From: Aestuariivirga sp.
GTDB lineage: Bacteria; Pseudomonadota; Alphaproteobacteria; Rhizobiales; Aestuariivirgaceae
Length of the DNA stretch: 60,342 nucleotides
Direction of reading: 5' to 3'
Assembly: GCA_046160365.1 (NCBI GenBank)
Contig: JBJXGL010000207.1
Location: 1 to 60,342, forward strand
Below the pieces are notes generated by a model. It saw only the letters and a program-made list of their open reading frames with translations, was not told the DNA's origin and did not search any database. Below, in pieces: positions 1 to 8,146 of this stretch. The position numbers and the translations under genes are program-made. Positions within the stretch are counted from its first letter, which is position 1; every line of letters begins with the position of its first letter.

Positions 1-45
1 CTGAGAAAACAGACTGGATAGGGCGTTGGAAAACAACGAGTGCAT
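1..45 (-). CDS. 5' end of a gene running off the left edge (MHSLFSNALSSLFSQ...), product unknown
   Basis: ATG at 45-43 preceded on the minus strand by GGAAGGA (RBS-like); frame open to the window edge. Confidence 0.5.
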   Translation of the reverse strand, partial: MHSLFSNALSSLFSQ

Positions 46-134
46 GGCGTGATTCCTTCCTTGCAAGGGGTGGAATCTGTTTCATGAATCGTTTCAGCGC
101 CTTATCCAACTGCGTCGAGTACGCTGAGCGCGCG

Positions 135-163
135 TTGACAAAGTTCTTATTGTGTTCCATCTC
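135..163 (+). promoter_or_regulatory. Sigma70-type promoter with an embedded LexA (SOS) box
   Basis: Consensus -35 TTGACA at 135-140; GTTC-TTATTGT-GTTC at 143-157 matches the alphaproteobacterial LexA motif GTTC-N7-GTTC and fills the spacer; the -10 (CATCTC, 158-163) is degenerate. Confidence 0.75.
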
Positions 164-169
164 TCCCGC

Positions 170-530
170 CGCTCCCCTCCACTCGAGGGTCCTGCTCATG
201 ACGGTGAGCCTGGATGGTGGTGAGGGCAGGTCTGCGGTGGAAGGCGAACGTTGCCTCGAGCCCCGGACCCCTGGACTGCCCCCGGCGGGTTACTACGGAC
301 CCGTTCCCTATAGGTGGGCTCAAACCGGGATGGTGGGCTCACGCCGTAATCCCATAACCGGGGAGCTGACTGAGGCAGCCAGGGTGAACATCCTGCCGGC
401 GTGAGCGCTGCAAAGCGCACGTTCTCGCGACTTTAAACAAGAGTCGCACCCCGCGTTGAGCAGCGCTCACGCACCCCTCGTCTCCGGGGGCAAGAATGGG
501 AGGCCGAGGTCCGGACATACCGGTCCCACA
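170..530 (+). ncRNA. Candidate large structured non-coding RNA (~360 nt), family not recognised
   Basis: Nested complementary segments 182-188/254-260, 263-268/509-514, 269-280/374-384, 281-285/358-362, 287-293/346-352, 399-411/460-472 (13 bp perfect), 427-433/441-447; lies directly downstream of the promoter; overlapping ORFs are unconvincing; ends approximate. Confidence 0.65.
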
Positions 531-540
531 ATTCGATGAG

Positions 541-1659
541 TCATGCCCGCTGGAGAGCGCCGGTTTGAAACAGATAAACTCGCAATCCCCCATGCAACAC
601 CGGCGCTGATTGTTTGAAGGGAAGACCCGTCGCACGGGCAAGCGCCGCATCGCTGGTGATGATGCCGACGCGCCATCCGGCGAAGCGTTCGCGTAGTGTC
701 TGTCCCAATGCGGCATAGAGCGCGAATAGCGGCTTCTTCTCGCCGATGCGTGAACCATAAGGCGGATTGCAAATCACCAGGCCCGGAGGGCCATCGGGCG
801 GAGCGATGTCGCTCACGGATTTGCGTTCGAACACGGTGAAGCCCGCCACATCCGCGCGCTTCGCATTGGCCTCGGCAGCAGCGATAGAGCCTTGATCGCG
901 GTCGCTGCCGTGGAAAATGAAAGCGGGCGTGACGCGCGCGGGCGCAGCCTTCATGGCTGCCCACGCGTTTGCATCGAAGGTCGCCAGCTTCTCGAATGCG
1001 AATGAGCGATTGCGTCCGGGAGCCAGGCCCGCCGCGATCTCCGCCGCCTCGATCACGAAGGTGCCGGAACCGCACATCGGGTCGAGCACCGGCTCACTTC
1101 CGGTATATCCGCATTGGCGAAGAAACAGCGCCGCCATGGTCTCGCGCATCGGCGCCTTGGCCATGGCCTGCTTCGCTCCGCGCTTATGCAGCAATTCGCC
1201 TGAGGTATCGACGCTGAGCGTCAAAAGATCGCTCTCGACCCTCGCCTTGATGGCGATATCGGCATCAGCGCTGACGGGCGCGCCCAACTCCTCGCGGATC
1301 GCTGTTTCAATGCGCTGGGCGACAGCGCCGGAATGATAGAGCTTCGAGCGTTTGCACGAAGCCTCGACGCGCACCGGAACGCCTCGGCGCAGCACCTCGC
1401 CCCACGGAAAACTTCGTGCCCGCTTGTCAAGCTGCGCCAGGTGCGTAACCGGAAACTCGCCGATCCGCGCCAGGACCTGGCTCGCACCTCGCAGTTCCAG
1501 ATTGGCCCGCCAGACATCGCGCCATGTGCCCATGAACGCGACGCCTCCCGCCATCCGCCTTGCGTCCGTAAAACCCTTCGCCGCTGCTTCGTCGCGCAAA
1601 GCCTCCTCGAGGCCGGGCACCGCGACAAGGAAGACCTCAAATCGTTCGCCATCGGTCAT
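541..1659 (-). CDS. THUMP-domain class I SAM-dependent RNA methyltransferase (RlmL/YpsC-like, UPF0020)
   Basis: N-terminal PGLE motif, DTSGELLHKRG, APMRETMAA, DPMCGSGT and NPPYG motifs. Confidence 0.9.
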   Translation of the reverse strand: MTDGERFEVFLVAVPGLEEALRDEAAAKGFTDARRMAGGVAFMGTWRDVWRANLELRGASQVLARIGEFPVTHLAQLDKRARSFPWGEVLRRGVPVRVEASCKRSKLYHSGAVAQRIETAIREELGAPVSADADIAIKARVESDLLTLSVDTSGELLHKRGAKQAMAKAPMRETMAALFLRQCGYTGSEPVLDPMCGSGTFVIEAAEIAAGLAPGRNRSFAFEKLATFDANAWAAMKAAPARVTPAFIFHGSDRDQGSIAAAEANAKRADVAGFTVFERKSVSDIAPPDGPPGLVICNPPYGSRIGEKKPLFALYAALGQTLRERFAGWRVGIITSDAALARATGLPFKQSAPVLHGGLRVYLFQTGALQRA

Positions 1660-1753
1660 GCCTCTCCATAGAGCGAAATCAATTGGCCTGCGACGAGATT
1701 TCCCGGCCTCCCTTTTGGCGCAATCGGCCGTTCACATGCTAAGAGATAGTCCC

Positions 1754-3187
1754 ATGGATTCAACGCTCCCCACCGAGCCCAAACCTTTCGTTCCACCGGC
1801 GCCCATTCCCCGCAAGCGTGCGAGCATTCCGGGCTTTTTCGAAGTGGTGCGCACCATCATGCGCAATCCGCTGGAGCTCTGGGGCGAGCCTTCTTATGAA
1901 GACAGATGGATCGGCACCAAGTTCCTGAACGAGCGCTCGCTTATCGTCAACGATCCGGGCCTCATCCGTCATGTGCTGGTCGAGAATGCGTCGAACTACA
2001 AGATGGGCGTCATCCGGCAGCTGATCCTCAGGCCCATCCTGCGCGATGGCCTGCTGACAGCCGAAGGTGAAGTCTGGAAGCGTTCGCGCAAAGCCATGGC
2101 GCCGGTGTTCACGCCGCGCCAGGTGTTTGGCTTCGCCGAAACCATGTTGGCGTGCACCGAAGCTTATGCCACGCACTATGGCGAAGCGGCCCGCACTGGC
2201 GCCACGCGCGACATCGCGAGAGACATGACCGAGCTCACCTTCGACATCCTGTCGCAAACGCTGTTCTCGGGCGAGATCGTCACGGCGTCCGGCGACTTCG
2301 CCAGCGATGTCGAAAATCTGCTCCACACCATGGGGCGCGTCGATCCGTTCGATCTTATCAAGGCTCCGCCTTGGGTGCCGCGTCTCACGCGCATCGAGGG
2401 CGCCAAAGTGATGAAACTGTTTCGTGGCATTGTCGACGATACGATCGCAAAGCGAAAAGGGAAGATGACGAAGGGCGCCGATGTCCCCGACGATTTCCTG
2501 ACGTTGCTCTTGCGGCAGGAGCGCGCCGATGGCCTCAGCCGTGAGGAGATCAACGACAATATCATCACCTTTATCGGCGCTGGCCATGAGACGACGGCGC
2601 GCGCGTTGGGTTGGGCAATCTATTGTCTTGCCAACGCGCCCGCGGATTTGCACGAACTCGAGAACGAGATCGACGCATTCTTCGCTGGCGAAATCCCCGC
2701 GCCGCATCTTTGGCTCGACCGGCTGCCGAAAACCCGCGCGGCTTTCGAGGAAGCCATGCGGCTCTATCCGCCGGCCCCGTCCATCAACCGCGCGGCCATT
2801 GAGGACGACCGTTACGAAGACCTGGAGATCAAGGCGGGTACAACCATTCTGATGATGCCCTGGACGCTGCACCGGCACCGCAAGCTGTGGGACCGGCCCA
2901 CGGCGTTCATTCCCTCGCGTTTCTGGCCGGAGAATCGCGAGAACATCGACCGCTTCCAGTATCTGCCCTTCGGTGTCGGCCCGCGCGTTTGCATCGGCGC
3001 ATCCTTCGCGCTTCAGGAAGCGGTAATCGCACTCGCCATATTGCTGCATCGCTTCCGCTTCCATTGCACGCCCGCGTGCAAGCCGTGGCCAGTGCAGAAA
3101 CTCACGACACAGCCTGACGGTGGATTGCCGATGACGGTGACCCTGCGAAATGTCAGGGAATCGCCTTCCGCCGCTTCGCCTTCATGA
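1754..3187 (+). CDS. Cytochrome P450
   Basis: AGHETT I-helix, EAMR (ExxR), heme motif FGVGPRVCIG; start trimmed to MDSTLP because the longer ORF overlaps the divergent gene. Confidence 0.95.
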   Translation: MDSTLPTEPKPFVPPAPIPRKRASIPGFFEVVRTIMRNPLELWGEPSYEDRWIGTKFLNERSLIVNDPGLIRHVLVENASNYKMGVIRQLILRPILRDGLLTAEGEVWKRSRKAMAPVFTPRQVFGFAETMLACTEAYATHYGEAARTGATRDIARDMTELTFDILSQTLFSGEIVTASGDFASDVENLLHTMGRVDPFDLIKAPPWVPRLTRIEGAKVMKLFRGIVDDTIAKRKGKMTKGADVPDDFLTLLLRQERADGLSREEINDNIITFIGAGHETTARALGWAIYCLANAPADLHELENEIDAFFAGEIPAPHLWLDRLPKTRAAFEEAMRLYPPAPSINRAAIEDDRYEDLEIKAGTTILMMPWTLHRHRKLWDRPTAFIPSRFWPENRENIDRFQYLPFGVGPRVCIGASFALQEAVIALAILLHRFRFHCTPACKPWPVQKLTTQPDGGLPMTVTLRNVRESPSAASPS

Positions 3188-3731
3188 CCAATCGCCAGGC
3201 GAAAACAATGAAGATGATCGCCGCGACAAGTGCGAGGTAAGGCAGCATGATCGCCAGCACGGAGAGCAGGATCGCTCCAATGATCTCTCCCGTCGCCAGC
3301 GCGCTGTTGCCGATACCGCCGGTCAGCATTGTCGATGCACCACGCAGCAGCGTCGTCGCTCCTTGCGTGGCGGCGGCAGCGCCTCCGCCCGCGATGATGG
3401 CGAGTGACCATTTCAGCATCGGCGGCAGATCGCCCATTACCGCGTAGGAGACCGCAATGCCCGCGCCGACTGCGACTGGCCCGGCGATGCCATCGAGCAG
3501 ATTGTCGAGCACAGGCACATAATACGCGGCGATCTCGGCGATCGCCGCCACTGCCAGCATGATCAGCGCAGGCGTTGTGGCAATCCAGTCGAGGCTGTCC
3601 GCCAGCGGCAAATACCCGCCCCGCGCCGCAAGGCCCGCAATCAGCATCGGAATAAACACCCGAAACCCCGTGGCGGCAGCCAGCGCCAGGCCGAGCGCGA
3701 TAGGAACGGCGGCTTCAGCGAGATTTTCCAT
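3153..3731 (-). CDS. DUF4126-like membrane protein
   Basis: GLALAAATGFRVFIP and EIAAYYVPVLDNLLD motifs; hydrophobic; start trimmed to MENLAE. Confidence 0.8.
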   Translation of the reverse strand: MENLAEAAVPIALGLALAAATGFRVFIPMLIAGLAARGGYLPLADSLDWIATTPALIMLAVAAIAEIAAYYVPVLDNLLDGIAGPVAVGAGIAVSYAVMGDLPPMLKWSLAIIAGGGAAAATQGATTLLRGASTMLTGGIGNSALATGEIIGAILLSVLAIMLPYLALVAAIIFIVFAWRLVMKAKRRKAIP

Positions 3732-3868
3732 GGCCCACCTGATTGTCTCCGGTGCTTCATATAGCAAATGATTTCCACGTGCGAAGCTCCCACCAGTTCC
3801 GTTGCCGCAAATTGGCCCTGAAATGCGGGTGTAAGCCCCCCTGAAAGAAACCGGGTAAGGCACTCGCC

Positions 3869-5719
3869 ATGGCAACGCTGGCCGAAAAGATCATGCTCTC
3901 GCTCGACGTCTATGAGGACGCGAGCCGGCTGCCGCCGGGCTGGACGCGGGTGGCGCAACGCGACGATGGCGGCAGCGGGTTCTTCGCCGCCGCTTACCGC
4001 AAGGGAGCCGAGGTTGTCGTAACCTTCCGCGGCTGGAACGACGCCGAGCCTACCGACGCCGTCGACATCTTGCGCGCGTACGAGAACGGCCCCTTCGAGC
4101 AGATCGGCGATGCCCAACGTTTCTTCGACGCCGTGAAAGCCGCAAACCCCGGCGCAACGTTCTCGTTTACCGGACACTCGCTGGGTGGCGGGCTCGCGGC
4201 CGCCATGGCGGTGCGCAATAGTCTGCAGGCAACGTCCTTTGCCGCGATCGAAATGGTGGACGCCGTGCTCGAAAGCATGAATGGCCACAAGGAGAAATTC
4301 CTCGGCATCACGCTGTGGGAAATCGCGGCGGCAACGTTCAACACCGCGATCACGCGCGCGGAGCTTTCGAACTATACGGGTGTGCAGAACTACACCGTGT
4401 TCGGAGACATCGCCCACTACAACCACCGCGCGATCCCCGCCACCGGTTTCGTTGGTGCCGACACCGTACTGCTGCCCGGCCTTGCGGCGCAGATCTACGA
4501 AGACGACAGCCAGTTCGGCCGCTGGGCGGGAAACACCGGCGATATCTGGTCGTCGCTGGTTCCGCTCAACACGGCGGGCACGCCATTCTCCGTCGACTTC
4601 GCGGCGCAGCTTCATTCGCTCGGCTTCACCGCGCTGCCGCTGCTCTTTGTTTCTGACATGGCAAGTCTCACGGCCGCGCTTCCACGCCTCGTGCTTCAAC
4701 TCACCAACGATTATCTGGCGCGCGACAGCGATGGTGTCATCCCCTGGCGCATGACTTACGATGCGCTCGACGCCATGGTGTTCGATCACTTGAAAACGCC
4801 TTCGGGCCAGGCGACCGTACTCTCCGCGATGATGGGCGATCTGCACGACATTGCCAATGGCGGCCCCAATGGAAGTGCAGTTGCCGATCGGGAGATCAAC
4901 ACCGGCATCCTGCAGCTTGCGATCGAACACGCGGCGCGCGAGGCGCTCGACAACAATACCGCTCCAAACACCGGAGGCCTCATCACCGACAACGGCGTCT
5001 ACATCTCCGCCGATCTCGGGCGCGGCTACGATCACGCACCCGAAGGCACGCGCGTGCTCGTGGCCTATGCCGGTTTTCTCGCGGGCGATGCCGCGGGGCA
5101 GGGCGGCACAATCATCCTCAACGGCACGGACCGCGTGCTGATCGAAGCCAACAACGGAGTGTCCGCGGCCTTCAACGGGCTTTGGACATCGAATGAGTTG
5201 ATCTTCGGCGGGCGCGGCAACGATGTCATCAACGCCTTCGCCGGCAACGACGCGATCTTAGGCCTCGGCGGCCGCGACCGCCTGTGGGGGCATGCCGGCA
5301 ACGATCTGCTTTCGGGCGGAGCCGATGCCGACGTCCTCGCTGGCGGTCCGGGCGACGATATTCAGATCGGCGGCGCGGCGGGTGACCGGCTTCATGGTGA
5401 AGCGGGGCGCGATATGTTCGTGTTCGACACGCTTGCGAATGGCGCCACCGGAGACGTCATCGTGGATTTCGCGCCGGCCGACGACACGCTCGCCTTTGAC
5501 AATGCAAGCTATACCGCGCTCGGCTCCGTTGGGCCGATCGCTGCAAGCGCGCTGGCCTTCGGCGGCATCGCGACCACCGTTGCGCATCGGTTCGTCTACA
5601 ACACGGTGAACGGCGTGCTGCTCTATGACGCCGATGGATCGGGCGCCGTTGCCGCCTTGCGGATCGCAACACTCACATCCGTCCCCGTGCTGACGGCGGC
5701 GGATTTTCTGGTGATCTGA
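3869..5719 (+). CDS. Secreted lipase-like (alpha/beta hydrolase) protein with RTX calcium-binding repeats
   Basis: VVVTFRG and GHSLGG nucleophile elbow in the N-terminus; about eight GGxGxD-type nonapeptides; C-terminus ADFLVI typical of type I secretion substrates. Confidence 0.8.
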   Translation: MATLAEKIMLSLDVYEDASRLPPGWTRVAQRDDGGSGFFAAAYRKGAEVVVTFRGWNDAEPTDAVDILRAYENGPFEQIGDAQRFFDAVKAANPGATFSFTGHSLGGGLAAAMAVRNSLQATSFAAIEMVDAVLESMNGHKEKFLGITLWEIAAATFNTAITRAELSNYTGVQNYTVFGDIAHYNHRAIPATGFVGADTVLLPGLAAQIYEDDSQFGRWAGNTGDIWSSLVPLNTAGTPFSVDFAAQLHSLGFTALPLLFVSDMASLTAALPRLVLQLTNDYLARDSDGVIPWRMTYDALDAMVFDHLKTPSGQATVLSAMMGDLHDIANGGPNGSAVADREINTGILQLAIEHAAREALDNNTAPNTGGLITDNGVYISADLGRGYDHAPEGTRVLVAYAGFLAGDAAGQGGTIILNGTDRVLIEANNGVSAAFNGLWTSNELIFGGRGNDVINAFAGNDAILGLGGRDRLWGHAGNDLLSGGADADVLAGGPGDDIQIGGAAGDRLHGEAGRDMFVFDTLANGATGDVIVDFAPADDTLAFDNASYTALGSVGPIAASALAFGGIATTVAHRFVYNTVNGVLLYDADGSGAVAALRIATLTSVPVLTAADFLVI

Positions 5720-5720
5720 A

Positions 5721-6134
5721 TCAGTCCTCGATCACCCACTCGTGCTCGATCGTGGCCGTCTTTGCGAACATTGCGGTGGCGGAGCAGTACTTCTCCATCG
5801 ATAGCTTGACCGCGCGCTCCACCGCGGCGGGTTTCAAATTGTCACCCTTGAGGCGGTAGATCATTTTCACATGAGTGAAGACCTTGGGATCTTCCGTAGC
5901 GCGCTCGCCATCGAGTTCGACCACGCAGCTCGTCACCTTCTCCCGGCCCTTCTCGAGGATCATCACCACATCGAAAGCCGTGCATCCGCCTAGACCCAAC
6001 AGCACCATCTCCATCGGCCTGATGCCGAGGTTCCGGCCGCCGGCTTCCGGCGCGCCATCCATGATCACCGAGTGGCCCGATCCGGACTCGCCTACGAATG
6101 TCCGGGCCTCGACCCATTTCACGCGCGCCTTCAT
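5721..6134 (-). CDS. OsmC family protein (YhfA-like)
   Basis: RPMEMVLLGLGGCTAFDV and EKYCSA motifs; start trimmed to MKARVKW. Confidence 0.92.
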   Translation of the reverse strand: MKARVKWVEARTFVGESGSGHSVIMDGAPEAGGRNLGIRPMEMVLLGLGGCTAFDVVMILEKGREKVTSCVVELDGERATEDPKVFTHVKMIYRLKGDNLKPAAVERAVKLSMEKYCSATAMFAKTATIEHEWVIED

Positions 6135-6172
6135 GTCTGCTGTCTCCAGTTTCAAACAGTCAACCAACCGGG

Positions 6173-7342
6173 CTACGCGGCCGGTGCCTGTCTTTGGCCT
6201 TGGGCGCGCAGCACGACGAGGAGTGCAAATGCCACGGCGAGAATGGCGGCGCAAAGCCCGAATGCGGCGGCGATGCCCGATCCCTCCGCCACCCAGCCGA
6301 AGACCCAGGGTGCGGCAATGCGCGGCAGCCCTGTAACCAAGGCCACCTTGCCGATGCCGCCGGCACTGTTTTCAGGCGTCATCCGCGCCGCGATGGCAAA
6401 TATGCTGGGGCTTATAATCGCCGTTCCGAAGCCGATGCTTGCGAATGCGGCGACGCTCAATGCAAATGAGTTCGATTGACCAAGCACAATACAACCCGCC
6501 GCGGCAATGGCCAGCGAGACCAGCAACAACGGAAGCTCGTTAAAGCGCGCGCGCAGCAGATCTCCGGGAAGCCTGACGGCGGCCGTGCAAGCCGCAAAAA
6601 AGGCGACGCCAAGGCCAGCATAAGTCGCGAGCGACGGCGCCATCTCGTCCAGCAGCTTGGCCGACCAGAAAATCGCCGAAGTCTCGACAACCATCGAGGC
6701 GCCTGCGGCAAGGCCCAGAAGCGTTAATGCAAGTCCATGCCTGGAGCCGGTTTGCAGCGATGTGGCGGCTGGCGCTGGTGTCCGGTTGGGCAAGCCCGTG
6801 AGTGCCGCAACGATGCCTATCGCCGGCACGGCCAATGCGGCAAGCGCTGTGTACTGCAGGCCGTAGCTGACCGAAACCGCGCTCGCAATGATCGCGAACG
6901 GCGGTATCGCCGCCGAGAAAGCTCCGTGGAAGGATGTGAAGACTGGGCGCTTCAGTTCGCGCTCGATGGCCCCAGCCTCGGCATTCATCGAGACGTCGAG
7001 CAGGCCGAGGCTGGCTCCGAAAAGCGTAATGTTGAGCAGGAACGCCATTGGCGATCCGCTCAACAGGAGCAGGACCGTGGAGAGCGCCGACAGCGCCAGT
7101 GCGGTTGCAATCAGCGGCCTGCTTGCAAACTTGCGGGCAAGCCTGCCGCCAAACCCCATGACTGCAACGCTGGCAAGTGTGGAAACCGAAAGGCCCATCC
7201 CCAGTTCCAAATTGCCCGCCGACGCCGCGCGGGCCACTGCGGGGATGGAGCCTGCCCAGCAGCCCACGAGCGCCCCAAAACCCATGAAGACCAGCGAGAG
7301 GGCGGCGCGGGAAGAAAGGGGGGCGGTGGGCATGAACGCCAC
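6173..7342 (-). CDS. MFS transporter
   Basis: About 12 hydrophobic segments, GRLARKF loop motif, LLDVSMN and FHGAFS motifs; alternative ATG start at 7333. Confidence 0.88.
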   Translation of the reverse strand: MAFMPTAPLSSRAALSLVFMGFGALVGCWAGSIPAVARAASAGNLELGMGLSVSTLASVAVMGFGGRLARKFASRPLIATALALSALSTVLLLLSGSPMAFLLNITLFGASLGLLDVSMNAEAGAIERELKRPVFTSFHGAFSAAIPPFAIIASAVSVSYGLQYTALAALAVPAIGIVAALTGLPNRTPAPAATSLQTGSRHGLALTLLGLAAGASMVVETSAIFWSAKLLDEMAPSLATYAGLGVAFFAACTAAVRLPGDLLRARFNELPLLLVSLAIAAAGCIVLGQSNSFALSVAAFASIGFGTAIISPSIFAIAARMTPENSAGGIGKVALVTGLPRIAAPWVFGWVAEGSGIAAAFGLCAAILAVAFALLVVLRAQGQRQAPAA

Positions 7343-7509
7343 TCAATAACGATGTCCGGCAGAAAATGCATCTCGCGCGACACCCGCCACATGGCCGCAC
7401 TGCGTTTCCGGCATGCCGTTCCCCTCGCAAGAGACAGCTGGCAAATATAGTTGCGTTTAGGGGTTCACAAGGGGGAAAGTCATTGCTACATAGCGTCCGC
7501 AGTCACCAA

Positions 7510-7586
<77 letters not shown>

Positions 7587-7591
7587 AAAAG

Positions 7592-7629
7592 AAGCCCGCT
7601 ATTCCAACAGGATGGCGGGTTTCGCTTTT
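7592..7629 (+). terminator. Intrinsic terminator after the tRNA
   Basis: AAGCCCGCTATTCC / GGATGGCGGGTTT hairpin followed by a T-rich tail. Confidence 0.75.
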
Positions 7630-7655
7630 GTGCCAGACAGCTTGAAAAACCGCGC

Positions 7656-7675
7656 TGGGTAACACATGGGTAACA
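7656..7675 (+). repeat. Putative integrase arm-type binding sites, left
   Basis: Tandem TGGGTAACACA-TGGGTAACA; a similar tandem pair lies near the other att at 57356-57375. Confidence 0.65.
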
Positions 7676-7871
7676 ATCCACATAAAATTCCCGTGAAGGG
7701 CCAATCAGATCGATTTGAGATTGGACGCGCTGTTGAACTTCATTCTTGGCGTCCGATTCCGCGATTTCCGCAAGGCCGACTTCGCGCCTTGGCCATGAGA
7801 CCGGCAGTTGGCTAGGGTTGTCGATCGACACTTGGCAGAGTGGGCGCGAGTGCTTCCCTCTCATTGGCGCG

Positions 7872-8117
7872 CTATTTTGAACGTCCTGCTCTTCTGACAG
7901 CTTTGATTGCACTTCCCGGATCGAACTCCAAGAGTTCCGCAAGCCTCAGGAACTCGACAACGTCTATCCGCCGCTGTCCGCTCTCGAAGCGCGCGACAAA
8001 CGATTGATGTTCGCCAAGTTGTTCCGCGAGGCTGGCATGGGTCAGGCCAGCGGACTTGCGCTTCGCGATGAGCAAACCGACCAAGGCTCGATGCGCTGAT
8101 CCAAGTGTCTTTTCCAA
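7872..8117 (-). CDS. Small XRE-family helix-turn-helix regulator
   Basis: GLTHASLAEQLGEHQSFVARFESGQRRIDVVEF HTH_3-type pattern; TTG start. Confidence 0.88.
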   Translation of the reverse strand: MEKTLGSAHRALVGLLIAKRKSAGLTHASLAEQLGEHQSFVARFESGQRRIDVVEFLRLAELLEFDPGSAIKAVRRAGRSK

Positions 8118-8146
8118 ATGGGCCCAGTCTCAGTCTGAGTGGGCGT

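Noticed and set aside
84-420. ORFs 84..404 (+) and 196..420 (-) over the structured region
   Set aside because: No recognisable motifs; the plus ORF runs through the promoter/LexA box; nested helices explain the region better. Not formally excluded without RNAcode.
170-530. Assignment as tmRNA, RNase P, SRP, 6S RNA, group II intron or retron
   Set aside because: No tRNA-like domain or tag ORF, no GAGGAAAGTCC, no SRP GGAA loop motif, no evident domain V, and no reverse transcriptase in the window
1352-1753. 134-aa N-terminal extension of the P450 ORF
   Set aside because: Overlaps the divergent methyltransferase gene; artefact of a stop-poor GC-rich frame
3641-5035. Long antisense ORFs (also 1760..3064, 22764..24401, 28370..30115, 31762..33006, 41003..42115)
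   Set aside because: Shadow frames opposite well-supported genes, expected with high GC3 codon bias
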